From: Candidatus Pelagibacterales bacterium
GTDB taxonomy: Bacteria > Pseudomonadota > Alphaproteobacteria > Pelagibacterales > AG-422-B15
Direction of reading: 5' to 3'
Length of the DNA: 64,000 nucleotides
Assembly: GCA_029242795.1 (NCBI GenBank)
Contig: JAQWTH010000024.1
Span: 33,192 to 97,191 of the forward strand
The position numbers were made by a program, and so were the translations under genes. Below are positions 23,368 through 33,745 of this stretch, one piece after another. The notes beneath the pieces are model-generated. The model saw only the letters and a list, made by a program, of their open reading frames with translations, was not told where the DNA came from and ran no database searches. Numbering within the stretch: position 1 is the first letter of the stretch; every line of letters begins with the position of its first letter.

Positions 23368-24699
23368 ATGGCTTCAGCCGCTGAAAAACTTGCTGCCAAT
23401 TTTAACTTTAGTGTATTTAGTCAAGCTACTGAGTTAAAAAAAAGAATATGGTTCACTTTAGGTGCGTTAATCGTATATAGATTTGGTACATATGTTCCTC
23501 TGCCTGGGATTGATGTTGAACAGTTAAAGCTACTGGTTGAAACAAACCAGAGTGGAATACTAGGTATGTTTGATGTTTTCGCTGGTGGAGCTATCAGTCG
23601 AATGGCAATTTTTGCTCTTGGAATAATGCCATACATTTCAGCATCAATTATTATTCAGCTAATGACAAGTGTATCTCCATATTTAGCAAGCCTTAAAAAA
23701 GAAGGTACACCCGGTAGACAAAAAATAACTCAATATACTCGATACGGAACTGTTATCCTTGCTCTACTGCAAGGTTATGGAATATCTGTTGGCTTAGAGT
23801 CTGCAGGAAAAATTGTTACAGACCCAGGTCTCTTTTTTAGATTATCAACAACAATTACTCTAACAGGCGGTACGGTATTCTTAATGTGGCTTGGGGAACA
23901 GGTAACTAGTAGAGGAATCGGTAACGGTATTTCGTTAATAATCTTCTCAGGGATTGTAGCAGAAATCCCAAGCGCATTAATAAACACTTTAACACTAGGG
24001 CGACAAGGTACTATTTCAACTATTACTCTTGTTTTACTTCTCCTATTGATTGTGGCGGTAGTAATTTTTATTGTCTTTATGGAAAGAGCTCAAAGAAGAT
24101 TAATTGTTCAGTACCCTAAGAGACAAGTCGGAAATAAAATGTACTCTGGAGATTCAACACATTTACCCCTTAAGCTTAATACAGCTGGAGTTATACCTGC
24201 AATTTTTGCATCCTCAATATTGTTGTTACCAATTACGATTGCCAACTTCAATCTTTCTGCTGAACAAAGTTGGCTGACAGATATAGCGGCTTATCTTGGA
24301 AGAGGTCAGCCTGCTTACATGCTACTTTATGCATCTGCAATAATATTTTTTGCTTTCTTTTATACATCAATTGTTTTCAATCCCACTGAAACTGCTGATA
24401 ATTTAAAAAGACAAGGTGGGTTTATACCTGGAATTAGACCTGGAGAGAAAACCGCAGAGTATATTGACTTCGTTTTATCTAGAATTACAACTATTGGTGC
24501 ATCATATTTAGCATTCGTATGCATACTTCCTGAGATCTTAATTTCACAATACTCCATACCATTCTATCTGGGAGGTACGTCATTACTTATTGTGGTTGTG
24601 GTTGGTATGGATACAATAGGTCAAGTACAAAGCCATTTATTTGCATATCAATATGAAGCTTTAATTAAAAAATCAAAATTACGCGGCAATAGACGATGA
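23368..24699 (+). CDS. secY: Preprotein translocase subunit SecY
   Basis: 443 aa polytopic membrane protein with SecY blocks (GIMPYISASII, GEQVTSRGIGNGISLIIF). Confidence 0.97.
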   Translation: MASAAEKLAANFNFSVFSQATELKKRIWFTLGALIVYRFGTYVPLPGIDVEQLKLLVETNQSGILGMFDVFAGGAISRMAIFALGIMPYISASIIIQLMTSVSPYLASLKKEGTPGRQKITQYTRYGTVILALLQGYGISVGLESAGKIVTDPGLFFRLSTTITLTGGTVFLMWLGEQVTSRGIGNGISLIIFSGIVAEIPSALINTLTLGRQGTISTITLVLLLLLIVAVVIFIVFMERAQRRLIVQYPKRQVGNKMYSGDSTHLPLKLNTAGVIPAIFASSILLLPITIANFNLSAEQSWLTDIAAYLGRGQPAYMLLYASAIIFFAFFYTSIVFNPTETADNLKRQGGFIPGIRPGEKTAEYIDFVLSRITTIGASYLAFVCILPEILISQYSIPFYLGGTSLLIVVVVGMDTIGQVQSHLFAYQYEALIKKSKLRGNRR

Positions 24700-25265
24700 A
24701 CATATTACTTTTCGGCCCACCTGGTGCTGGAAAAGGTACCCAGGCAAAATTAATTTGTAAAAAATTTAGCCTAGATCATGTTTCTACAGGAGATATCTTG
24801 AGAAATGAAATTTTAAAAGGTAGCAAACTTGGGACAACTGCAAAACAAATAATAGATTCAGGACATTTGGTATCTGATGAGATCATTATTCATATAATTA
24901 AAATTCGCTTATCTGAAATTAAAAAAAACAATACAAGTTTTCTTCTTGATGGATTCCCTAGATCAATAAATCAAGCAAATCTTCTCTCAAGCATTATGGA
25001 AGAGTTAGATATTAAACTTAATGCCGCAATATTAATTGATGTAGAACAACCCGTTCTCATTAATCGTATTATAAACCGCAAAAATACTGAAGGTAGAGAG
25101 GATGATAGTAAAGAGGTTTTAGCGTCAAGATTAAAAGTTTATTATGATCAAACAGCTCCATTAATACAATTTTATAAAGATTTAAAATTACTTAAGTGGG
25201 TTAATGGGGTAGGCGAAATTAATGAGATAAATCAACAAATTAACTCAATTATAGAACAACTTTAA
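24696..25265 (+). CDS. adk: Adenylate kinase (short-lid form, 189 aa)
   Basis: P-loop GPPGAGKGTQ and LLDGFPRS motif. ATGA overlap with secY. Confidence 0.95.
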   Translation: MNILLFGPPGAGKGTQAKLICKKFSLDHVSTGDILRNEILKGSKLGTTAKQIIDSGHLVSDEIIIHIIKIRLSEIKKNNTSFLLDGFPRSINQANLLSSIMEELDIKLNAAILIDVEQPVLINRIINRKNTEGREDDSKEVLASRLKVYYDQTAPLIQFYKDLKLLKWVNGVGEINEINQQINSIIEQL

Positions 25266-25268
25266 TGC

Positions 25269-25296
25269 TTGACCAATTGTCTAATAATCATATAAT
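25269..25296 (+). promoter_or_regulatory. Candidate sigma70-type promoter for rpsM-rpsK-rpoA-rplQ
   Basis: TTGACC (25269-25274), 16-nt spacer, TATAAT (25291-25296), 36 nt upstream of the rpsM GTG. Confidence 0.55.
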
Positions 25297-25332
25297 CCGG
25301 CCATCTTTCAATTCAATTAATAGGAATGTACT

Positions 25333-25710
25333 GTGGCAAGAATAGCAGGTGTCAACATACCCTCACAAAAAAAACTTGGTGTCGCGCTTACCTATGTTTA
25401 TGGCATTGGAATTAAGTTTTCAGCCGATGTTTGTAAGCATGCAAACGTTGATTGGAATGCAAGAGTTAATGATTTATCAGAGTCAGAAATTAAAAGTATT
25501 AGTGATGTTATCTCATCCTCTTATATTGTTGAAGGTGATTTAAGGAGAGAAATATCTGCTAATATTAAAAGATTAAAAGATCTTGGAACATACAAAGGAA
25601 CGAGACATAGAAAAAATCTACCAGCGAGAGGTCAAAGAACACATACAAATGCAAGAACTAAAAAAGGAAAAGCTATTGCTATTGCTGGAAAGAAAAAGGT
25701 TACTAAATAA
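25333..25710 (+). CDS. rpsM: 30S ribosomal protein S13 (GTG start)
   Basis: [14 protein letters not shown]... canonical N-terminus. Confidence 0.96.
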   Translation: MARIAGVNIPSQKKLGVALTYVYGIGIKFSADVCKHANVDWNARVNDLSESEIKSISDVISSSYIVEGDLRREISANIKRLKDLGTYKGTRHRKNLPARGQRTHTNARTKKGKAIAIAGKKKVTK

Positions 25711-26099
25711 TGGCAGATAAAAAAGTTATTAAAAAAAAGAAGCAAAAGAAAAATATTATTTCTGGCCTAGCTTATATTAGTGCAACATTTAATAATACAA
25801 TGGTTACTATTACTGATGAACAGGGAAATAGTATTGCATGGTCATCTGCAGGAGTAAAAGGTTTCAAAGGCTCTAGAAAATCAACTCCATATGCTGCTCA
25901 AATTGCAGCAGAAGATGCTGGCACTAAAGCAAAGGAATTTGGACTTAAGAATCTACAAGTATTTGTGAAAGGTCCTGGCGGTGGAAGAGAGTCAGCTCTT
26001 AGAGCCTTACAGGCAGTAGGTTTTTATATTACTTCAATTAAAGATACTACACCTATTCCACACAATGGATGTCGACCACCAAAAAAGAGAAGAGTTTAA
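25710..26099 (+). CDS. rpsK: 30S ribosomal protein S11
   Basis: [26 protein letters not shown] signature. 1-nt overlap with the rpsM stop. Confidence 0.96.
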   Translation: MADKKVIKKKKQKKNIISGLAYISATFNNTMVTITDEQGNSIAWSSAGVKGFKGSRKSTPYAAQIAAEDAGTKAKEFGLKNLQVFVKGPGGGRESALRALQAVGFYITSIKDTTPIPHNGCRPPKKRRV

Positions 26100-26127
26100 T
26101 TAATTTTAATAATAGGAAGAAAAGTAT

Positions 26128-27150
26128 ATGAGTATAATTAATAATTGGCAGGCACTCATTAAACCGTCAAAACTAAAACTTACTCCTGACGAAGATTCAA
26201 GCTTTAAGGCTACATTAACAGCCGAACCACTTGAGCGTGGATTTGGTCTTACATTAGGAAATGCTCTAAGAAGAGTGTTGCTGTCTTCATTACAAGGTAC
26301 AGCAGTAACAGCGCTTAAGATTGATAATGTTCTTCATGAATTCTCTTCAATTAATGGTGTCAGAGAAGACGTAACTGACATTGTTTTAAATGTTAAATCT
26401 CTTGCGCTTAATATGCATTCTGAAGGTGTTAGAAAAATGTCTTTAAATGTTACTGGTCCAGGTGAGATTACAGCAGGTATGATCAATACACCTTCTGAGA
26501 TTGATATCATTAACCCTGAACTTGTAATTTGCAACCTTGATGACAACACAGAATTTAATATGGAGCTTACAGTTGCTAAAGGTAAGGGATATGTTGCTGC
26601 TGAACATAATAAAGTCGAAGAGTCAGCAATTGGTGTAATTCCTATTGACTCAATTTTTAGTCCAGTCAAACAAGTTTCGTACAATATTGAAAACACTCGT
26701 GAGGGAAAAGTTCTCGACTATGATAAGTTAACTATGACAATTGAGACTAATGGTTCTTTGACACCAGAAGATGCCCTTGCATTTGCTGCTCGTATAATTC
26801 AAGATCAACTACAGTCATTTATTAACTTTGAAGAGCCAGAAGAAACAGTTGTTGAACCTGATGCTCTTGAACCTCAATTTAATAAAAATCTATTAAGAAA
26901 AGTTGAAGAACTTGAGTTATCGGTGAGGTCAATGAATTGCCTTAGAAATGATAATATTATTTATATTGGTGACTTAGTGCAAAAAAGTGAAATAGAAATG
27001 TTAAGGACGCCCAACTTTGGTCGTAAGTCATTAAATGAAATTAAGGAAGTTCTAGGAGTGATGTCATTATACTTAGGAATGGAAGTCCCTAATTGGCCAC
27101 CAGAAAATATCGAAGAATTAGCAAGAAAAATTGAGGATCCGTATAACTAA
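26128..27150 (+). CDS. rpoA: DNA-directed RNA polymerase alpha subunit
   Basis: 340 aa with the N-terminal [17 protein letters not shown] block and a C-terminal domain ([17 protein letters not shown]). Confidence 0.97.
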   Translation: MSIINNWQALIKPSKLKLTPDEDSSFKATLTAEPLERGFGLTLGNALRRVLLSSLQGTAVTALKIDNVLHEFSSINGVREDVTDIVLNVKSLALNMHSEGVRKMSLNVTGPGEITAGMINTPSEIDIINPELVICNLDDNTEFNMELTVAKGKGYVAAEHNKVEESAIGVIPIDSIFSPVKQVSYNIENTREGKVLDYDKLTMTIETNGSLTPEDALAFAARIIQDQLQSFINFEEPEETVVEPDALEPQFNKNLLRKVEELELSVRSMNCLRNDNIIYIGDLVQKSEIEMLRTPNFGRKSLNEIKEVLGVMSLYLGMEVPNWPPENIEELARKIEDPYN

Positions 27151-27152
27151 AA

Positions 27153-27539
27153 ATGAGACACGGTATAGCTAACAGAAAACTTAATAGAACTTCATCCCAT
27201 AGATTAGCTATGCTTGAAAACATGGCAGTATCACTAATCAAAAATGAAACGATTAAAACAACTCTTCCAAAAGCAAAAGAGCTCAGACCGTTTGTTGAAA
27301 AAATAATCACGCTTGGTAAGAAAAATAAAGAGTCTTCAAGAAGCAGTGCTTATAATACTCTTCAAGATAAAGAAGCTGTAGCAAAGGTCTTCAAAGAGCT
27401 TTCAGTAAGATATAAAGATAGAAACGGTGGTTATTGTAGAATTGTTAAGGCAGGATTCAGAACAGGCGATAATGCACCAATGGCTTTTATACAACTTTTA
27501 GATCAAGACCAAAGCTCAGAAGTAAGTAAAACTAAATAA
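27153..27539 (+). CDS. rplQ: 50S ribosomal protein L17
   Basis: [24 protein letters not shown] signature. Confidence 0.96.
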   Translation: MRHGIANRKLNRTSSHRLAMLENMAVSLIKNETIKTTLPKAKELRPFVEKIITLGKKNKESSRSSAYNTLQDKEAVAKVFKELSVRYKDRNGGYCRIVKAGFRTGDNAPMAFIQLLDQDQSSEVSKTK

Positions 27540-27569
27540 TACTGGCCTCTACTTGATCGTTATTGATCT

Positions 27570-28457
27570 ATGGCAAGCGTTCCAAATAAAATTTTGATTT
27601 CTTCTCAACACGATGATGTGAGGTTAGATAACTTTATATCAAAAGAATTTCTTTTACCAAAAAATCTGATTTACAAAGAAATAAGGAAAGGAAATATAAA
27701 GGTCAATAAGAAAAAGAAAAAATACTCATATAGACTTAAAAGTAATGATGAGATCTCTATTTATGGTAATTATGAATTTGATATTATTGAGAAAGAGCCA
27801 TTGCCCAAAAGTTATATTAAAAAATTTAATGATGCTATAATTTTCAAAGATCAGAATTATATTGTTTTAAATAAGTGGGCTGGAATATCATCACAGTCTG
27901 GTACAAAGGTAGACATAAGTATAGATGATATAGCTTCTCAAATAAGTTTTGATAATAAAAAACTTCATCTTGTTCATAGACTGGATAAGGATACAAGTGG
28001 ATTACTCATATTGGCTCTTGATATTAAAACAAGTCGTTTTTTCCTAGATATGTTTTCAAACCAAAAAATCAAAAAAACATATTTTGCGATAGTTCAAAAT
28101 AAAGAAGAGATGAAGAGTCGAGGTACTATAAATATTCCAATTTTTGACAAGGAAAAAAAATTAGAGGCAAAAACGAATTATAAACTTGAAAAAAAAATAT
28201 CTAATAGTTTGAGTTATGTGAGACTTAATCCCAAAACTGGTAGAAAGCATCAATTACGCATTCATTGCTCTGAAAGCAATTTTCCAATTCTTGGTGATAA
28301 AAAATATTTTCATAGAGATATGCGTAGTAAATTAAGAGAAAAAAAATTATTTTTGCACGCAGGTGAGATTGAATTTATTGGCCCTAACAAAAAATTAGTT
28401 AAGTATAGCGCGGACCTCCCAGATCATTTTCAAAAGTATTTAGAAAAAATATCGTAG
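27570..28457 (+). CDS. RluA/RluC-family 23S rRNA pseudouridine synthase
   Basis: N-terminal S4-like segment and catalytic HRLDKDTSGLL motif. The specific target site cannot be assigned. Confidence 0.8.
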   Translation: MASVPNKILISSQHDDVRLDNFISKEFLLPKNLIYKEIRKGNIKVNKKKKKYSYRLKSNDEISIYGNYEFDIIEKEPLPKSYIKKFNDAIIFKDQNYIVLNKWAGISSQSGTKVDISIDDIASQISFDNKKLHLVHRLDKDTSGLLILALDIKTSRFFLDMFSNQKIKKTYFAIVQNKEEMKSRGTINIPIFDKEKKLEAKTNYKLEKKISNSLSYVRLNPKTGRKHQLRIHCSESNFPILGDKKYFHRDMRSKLREKKLFLHAGEIEFIGPNKKLVKYSADLPDHFQKYLEKIS

Positions 28458-28489
28458 TATATTAACATTTTTTTGTTTATTATTGAATT

Positions 28490-30022
28490 ATGTCAAACAT
28501 CATTGAGCAATTAGAAAAAAAAAGAAAAGAAGCTAGAGAAGGTGGAGGAAAGAAACGTGTCGACGCTCAGCATGCAAGAGGTAAATTAACAGCTAGAGAA
28601 AGAATAGATACTCTTCTAGATGAGAATTCTTTTGAAGAATACGATATGTATGTTGAACATAGAACTAATGACTTTGGCATAGGTAAAAAAAAGTACGCGG
28701 GCGATAGTGTTGTTACCGGGAGTGGCAAAATAAATGGAAAATTAGTTTATGTATTTAGTCAGGATTTTACTGTTTTTGGAGGATCTTTATCAGAGGCTCA
28801 TGCAGAAAAAATTTGTAAAATTATGGATATGGCTCTTAAGGTAGGGGCTCCAGTAATTGGAATAAACGACTCTGGTGGCGCTCGAATTCAAGAGGGAGTT
28901 GCCTCGTTAGCTGGATATGGAGACGTTTTTCAAAAGAATGTTTTAGCATCTGGTGTTATACCACAGATTTCAGTAATTATGGGGCCATGTGCAGGTGGCG
29001 CAGTTTATTCACCAGCTATGACAGACTTCATTTTTATGGTTAAAGATACATCTTTTATGTTTGTGACTGGACCTGATGTCGTGAAAACAGTAACTCAAGA
29101 AAATGTGACACAGGAAGAATTGGGTGGAGCAAAAACACATACATCTAAATCTTCAGTTGCAGACGGCGCATTTGCAAATGATATTGAAACACTTTTTGAA
29201 GTTAAGAAGCTCATAGATTTGCTCCCTTCAAACAATAGAGAAAAATCATTAAAGAAAAAAACAGAATATCAGAATCTTAACCCTGATTATTCATTGGATA
29301 CCCTTGTTCCAGATAATCCGAACAAACCATATGATATGCTGGAGTTAATTACTAAGGTCATCGACAATAGAGATTTTTTCCAAGTTCAGGAAAATTTTGC
29401 CAAAAATATGATTGTAGGATTTGGTAGAGTTGAAGGAAGAACAGTAGGCTTTGTTGCTAATCAACCATTAGTATTGGCGGGATGTCTAGATATTGATGCA
29501 AGTAAAAAAGCTGCAAGATTTGTTCGGTTTTGTGACTGCTTTAATATTCCATTAGTTACATTTGTTGATGTACCTGGATTTTTACCTGGTGTATCTCAAG
29601 AACATAATGGAATAATCAAAAATGGTGCAAAATTGCTATATGCGTATGCAGAAGCAACTGTTCCAAAAATTACTATCATTACGAGAAAAGCATATGGTGG
29701 AGCATATGTAGTGATGGCCTCTAAACATCTAAGAGGAGATATAAACTATGCATGGCCAACTGCAGAAATAGCGGTAATGGGTGCAAAAGGTGCTGTCGAA
29801 ATCTTATATAGAAATCAAATTAAGAATGAAAAAGATGCTGAAACTAAAACAGATGAATATACAAAACAATTTGCTAATCCATTTATTGCATCCAGTAGAG
29901 GATTTATTGATGATGTAATTAAGCCTCAAAATACTAGACGAAGAATAGCTACAGCTTTAGACAATCTTGAAAATAAAGAATTATCATCCCCTTATAAGAA
30001 ACACGATAACATTCCACTTTAG
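28490..30022 (+). CDS. pccB: Propionyl-CoA carboxylase beta (carboxyltransferase) subunit
   Basis: 510 aa acyl-CoA carboxyltransferase. It resembles PccB / methylmalonyl-CoA carboxyltransferase 12S throughout ([38 protein letters not shown]). Confidence 0.88.
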   Translation: MSNIIEQLEKKRKEAREGGGKKRVDAQHARGKLTARERIDTLLDENSFEEYDMYVEHRTNDFGIGKKKYAGDSVVTGSGKINGKLVYVFSQDFTVFGGSLSEAHAEKICKIMDMALKVGAPVIGINDSGGARIQEGVASLAGYGDVFQKNVLASGVIPQISVIMGPCAGGAVYSPAMTDFIFMVKDTSFMFVTGPDVVKTVTQENVTQEELGGAKTHTSKSSVADGAFANDIETLFEVKKLIDLLPSNNREKSLKKKTEYQNLNPDYSLDTLVPDNPNKPYDMLELITKVIDNRDFFQVQENFAKNMIVGFGRVEGRTVGFVANQPLVLAGCLDIDASKKAARFVRFCDCFNIPLVTFVDVPGFLPGVSQEHNGIIKNGAKLLYAYAEATVPKITIITRKAYGGAYVVMASKHLRGDINYAWPTAEIAVMGAKGAVEILYRNQIKNEKDAETKTDEYTKQFANPFIASSRGFIDDVIKPQNTRRRIATALDNLENKELSSPYKKHDNIPL

Positions 30023-30024
30023 TT

Positions 30025-32004
30025 ATGATAAAAAAAATTCTAATTGCCAATAGAGGTGAAATTGCTTGTCGAATAATTAAAACGGCAAATAAGATGGGCA
30101 TCAAAACTGTCGCAGTTTATTCTGAGGCTGATAAATATTCTGATTTTGTAAATATGGCTGATGAATCATATTATATCGGACCTTCAGCTCCTAACGAGTC
30201 ATATCTTGTAATTAAAAAGATAATTGAGATTGCTAAAAAGTCTAAAAGTGACGCTATTCATCCTGGATACGGATTTTTATCAGAAAATTATAACTTTGTG
30301 AAAGCATTGGAAAAAGAGAAGATCAAATTCATAGGCCCAAATAAAAATGCTATAACAAAAATGGGAGACAAGATTGAGTCTAAAAATTTAGCTCTAAAAC
30401 TAAATTTGAATGTTATTCCAGGTCACACAGAGGCTGTGAAAGATCCAAAAAAAGCAATCAAGATTGCAGAAAAAATAGGATTTCCAGTACTTCTTAAAGC
30501 TTCAGCTGGTGGCGGTGGTAAGGGAATGAGAATTGTTAATAAGAGACAAGAGTTAGAGTTAAACTTAAAGGCAGCACAAAGTGAGGCATTAAATAGTTTT
30601 GGAGATGACAGAGTATTTATTGAAAAATATATAACTAATCCAAGACATATAGAGATTCAAATTCTATGTGACAAACATGGCAATCAAGTTCATCTAGGTG
30701 AACGAGAATGTTCAATTCAAAGACGGTATCAAAAGGTGATTGAGGAATGCCCATCTTCATTCGTTGATGAAAAATTAAGAGATGCAATGGCCGAGCAAGC
30801 TTTGAGGCTTGCGAAAGAAGTAAAATATGACTCCGCTGGAACGGTTGAGTTTGTCGTAGATGACAAGAAAAATTTTTACTTTCTAGAAATGAATACTAGA
30901 CTGCAGGTAGAACATCCTGTGACTGAACTGGTAACTGATGTTGATTTAGTTGAACAAATGATAAATTGTGCAGATGGTAAAAAATTAAGATTATCTCAAC
31001 AAGATATAAAACTTAATGGATGGTCTATAGAGTCTAGAATTTATGCTGAAGACCCACTTAAAGAATTTTTACCCTCTATCGGTAGACTTATTGAACATCA
31101 GGAACCAAAAATTTTTAATAAAGATGAAATTATAAGAAATGATACAGGTGTTTCGAGTGGTTCAGATATTAGCATTTACTACGATCCGATGATTTCTAAA
31201 CTTGCTGTACACGCTGCCAATCGAGATAAAGCTCTTGATCTAATGATAAGAGCTTTAGAGCAATATTATATAGAAGGTGTTGATCACAATGTAGCATTTC
31301 TAATTTCTACATTGAAGAATAGAGATTTTAGAAGAGGAGATATAAGTACAAATTTTATTAAGTCTAATTATCCTAAAGGATATGCTTTCAATTACGGACT
31401 CAACAGTAGTATTTTAATAAAATTTATTAATATAGCATCTTTAATTTTCTTAAAATGTAATCAAGGGAATAAGACAAAAGTGCTTTCAGTAATTAATGGT
31501 TCTGATATTTATAAAATAGAAGTAATCGAATGTGTATCAAGCAAACAAAATACTAACCTAATAATTAAAAATAAAAATAAAGAATATTCTCTCACATCAA
31601 ATTGGACAATTAATGAAAAAGTTATGCAATTGAGTGTTAACGATCAGATTGAGTTTGCAAAAATCGATAAGATACATAATTTTAATAAATACAGTATTAC
31701 TGTGGAGGATTGTTCATTAGATTTAATTGTATCTTCACCGGATACAGCAAAATTATTTGATTATATGCCTGAACCAAAATATGAGGATCTCTCCAAAATG
31801 CTTATCTCACCTATGCCTGGATTGATAAAAGACATCAGCGTTAAACAAGGTCAAAAAATAAAAAAAGGTGAGCAAATTGTTATTATTGAAGCTATGAAAA
31901 TGGAAAATATCTTAAAAAGTGAAAAAGATTGTTTAATCAAAGAGATTTTAGTTAAAGAAGGAGATAGCGTAAGTGCTGATGAGATACTTATTAATTTTGA
32001 ATAA
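30025..32004 (+). CDS. pccA: Propionyl-CoA carboxylase alpha subunit (biotin carboxylase + BCCP)
   Basis: ATP-grasp biotin carboxylase N-terminus (KILIANRGEIACRI, GGGGKGMRIV) and C-terminal biotinyl motif EAMKMEN. Confidence 0.88.
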   Translation: MIKKILIANRGEIACRIIKTANKMGIKTVAVYSEADKYSDFVNMADESYYIGPSAPNESYLVIKKIIEIAKKSKSDAIHPGYGFLSENYNFVKALEKEKIKFIGPNKNAITKMGDKIESKNLALKLNLNVIPGHTEAVKDPKKAIKIAEKIGFPVLLKASAGGGGKGMRIVNKRQELELNLKAAQSEALNSFGDDRVFIEKYITNPRHIEIQILCDKHGNQVHLGERECSIQRRYQKVIEECPSSFVDEKLRDAMAEQALRLAKEVKYDSAGTVEFVVDDKKNFYFLEMNTRLQVEHPVTELVTDVDLVEQMINCADGKKLRLSQQDIKLNGWSIESRIYAEDPLKEFLPSIGRLIEHQEPKIFNKDEIIRNDTGVSSGSDISIYYDPMISKLAVHAANRDKALDLMIRALEQYYIEGVDHNVAFLISTLKNRDFRRGDISTNFIKSNYPKGYAFNYGLNSSILIKFINIASLIFLKCNQGNKTKVLSVINGSDIYKIEVIECVSSKQNTNLIIKNKNKEYSLTSNWTINEKVMQLSVNDQIEFAKIDKIHNFNKYSITVEDCSLDLIVSSPDTAKLFDYMPEPKYEDLSKMLISPMPGLIKDISVKQGQKIKKGEQIVIIEAMKMENILKSEKDCLIKEILVKEGDSVSADEILINFE

Positions 32005-32006
32005 CA

Positions 32007-33095
32007 TCAATTAAGTAACTTAAGTTTACTCTGTAAAATGTCCCTATCCATATACCCTTGCCTAAAATATCGAGAGTTACTTCTATCAATATAGCCTTTA
32101 CGACCATGAAAAATTCGATAATTATCAATAATAAGCATATCGCCGGGCTCTTGTTTTATAATTAAATTATTTTCTTCATTCGTTATTTCATTCCAGAACT
32201 TTTTTCTAGCATCTCTATATTTCTTAGTATTTTCTATTGTGTCATAAGGTAATACTTCTGTCCTATTATTAAACCTTACTTGAATAACATTTTTATGATC
32301 GTCTAACTCAATTAGACTGCATGAATTCTCTAGGCAAGTATCTTTATCTTTATACCTAAAAAAAGTTTTATAATTAGTTAAGGTATTAAAAGTTTTTTTA
32401 TTTTTTTCTTTTATATTTTGAGCAATATTAAATCCATCAGCAAGAGAGTTTTCTCCACCAGAGTCACTATTTTTTAAACAGTGAAGAAATATATAACCCT
32501 GTGTTGGAAAGCGGTAAGGGTTATCAGTATGGTTTTCAAGAGTTCTCGATGTCATTGTAAGATCATATGCATTTGCTATACTTTTTATATCAGCTATTTC
32601 TCCCCAGTTAGTTCTTTTGATCGGGCCAATATCATCAGACAATGATTGAATTCCATTTTTAGTAATCGGTATATTTTTAATATAAGCAAATCCGTATTTA
32701 TCAACAGTTCTTAATATATTCTTAAGCATTAGATTATTGTAATTGTTAAAATTAAATTTAGTAATTTTTATATTTTTATTATTCCAAAGCTCTTTATCAG
32801 AATTATCAATTTTTGTTTGCATGGATTCCATAAGTAATTCTGATATATTATAAAAATGAGTAGTATTATCTGAAAATTTAATCGTTATTTTTTTATTTGC
32901 GATTTTAGTGGAAATAATTTTTAAATTTTTTTTTATATCAGATGCCTCAATCAAGAGTTGTCCCGTTTCACTATCTCGAATATCCTTGTTTTTACTTCTT
33001 TCATAAAGCCACGAAGAGTAGAACGGTATTTTTTTATTTTTATACGAAATTATAAGCACCTTGGAAGTACTGCTATTTGAGATTGATGGTTTCAT
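32007..33095 (-). CDS. Fe(II)/2-oxoglutarate dioxygenase, gamma-butyrobetaine hydroxylase/TauD-like, with N-terminal DUF971-like domain
   Basis: HTD ... FHGR facial-triad pattern in the context LENHTDNPYRFPTQGYIFLHCL, similar to BBOX/TMLH enzymes. The N-terminal SSWLYERS... region resembles the DUF971 domain. The substrate is unknown. Confidence 0.7.
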   Translation of the reverse strand: MKPSISNSSTSKVLIISYKNKKIPFYSSWLYERSKNKDIRDSETGQLLIEASDIKKNLKIISTKIANKKITIKFSDNTTHFYNISELLMESMQTKIDNSDKELWNNKNIKITKFNFNNYNNLMLKNILRTVDKYGFAYIKNIPITKNGIQSLSDDIGPIKRTNWGEIADIKSIANAYDLTMTSRTLENHTDNPYRFPTQGYIFLHCLKNSDSGGENSLADGFNIAQNIKEKNKKTFNTLTNYKTFFRYKDKDTCLENSCSLIELDDHKNVIQVRFNNRTEVLPYDTIENTKKYRDARKKFWNEITNEENNLIIKQEPGDMLIIDNYRIFHGRKGYIDRSNSRYFRQGYMDRDILQSKLKLLN

Positions 33096-33712
33096 TTTAA
33101 AAAATGATTTTTTATTTCATCAATAAGAATATCATCAATTATTTTCTTTTCAATTGTAATGCCTTCATTTTCAACACTCGTAACAAGATTATTGTTTAAA
33201 CCGCATGGTCTTATTCCTCTATAATTCTCTAAATCAGGATTTATATTTAATGAAAAACCGTGAAAACTGATCCACTTTTTAAATTTCATACCAATACTGG
33301 CTATTTTGTATAATTCATTATTTTTTTTTATAAATATACCATGATGCTCATTGCTTCTTTCAGCTTTAAGTCCAATTCTGTTTAATGACTCAATAATTAT
33401 ATTTTCAATTAGTAATATAAATTGTTTTATATCTCTAGATTTTTCCCTAAGATTTATCATCAAGTAAACAACGCGTTGACCTGGTCCATGATAAGTATAT
33501 TGACCGCCTCTTTCAGAGGGAATTACGGGGAATTTTCCTGGTTTTAACAGATCTTCTTTATTAGAAAGAGGGCCATAAGTATATATATTCGGATACTCTA
33601 AGAACCATATTAAATCATTTTGGTTATTGCTAATCATATTATTTATATGAGAATCCATAAAATTTATTGAATTCTGATAATCTTCTAATTCATTAGATAT
33701 TTTAAATTCCAT
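33092..33712 (-). CDS. lipB: Octanoyltransferase (lipoyl(octanoyl) transferase)
   Basis: RGGQYTYHGPGQRVVYLM and KIASIGMK motifs typical of LipB. Confidence 0.9.
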   Translation of the reverse strand: MEFKISNELEDYQNSINFMDSHINNMISNNQNDLIWFLEYPNIYTYGPLSNKEDLLKPGKFPVIPSERGGQYTYHGPGQRVVYLMINLREKSRDIKQFILLIENIIIESLNRIGLKAERSNEHHGIFIKKNNELYKIASIGMKFKKWISFHGFSLNINPDLENYRGIRPCGLNNNLVTSVENEGITIEKKIIDDILIDEIKNHFLK

Positions 33713-33745
33713 TTTAAATGATCTTAATGGTATATATTAATTATT

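Noticed and set aside
31380-31760. Asn/Lys/Ile-rich stretch in the PccA linker region, considered as a possible insertion or foreign segment
   Set aside because: It corresponds to the poorly conserved segment between the biotin carboxylase and BCCP domains. Its composition matches the genome-wide AT bias and the frame is intact.
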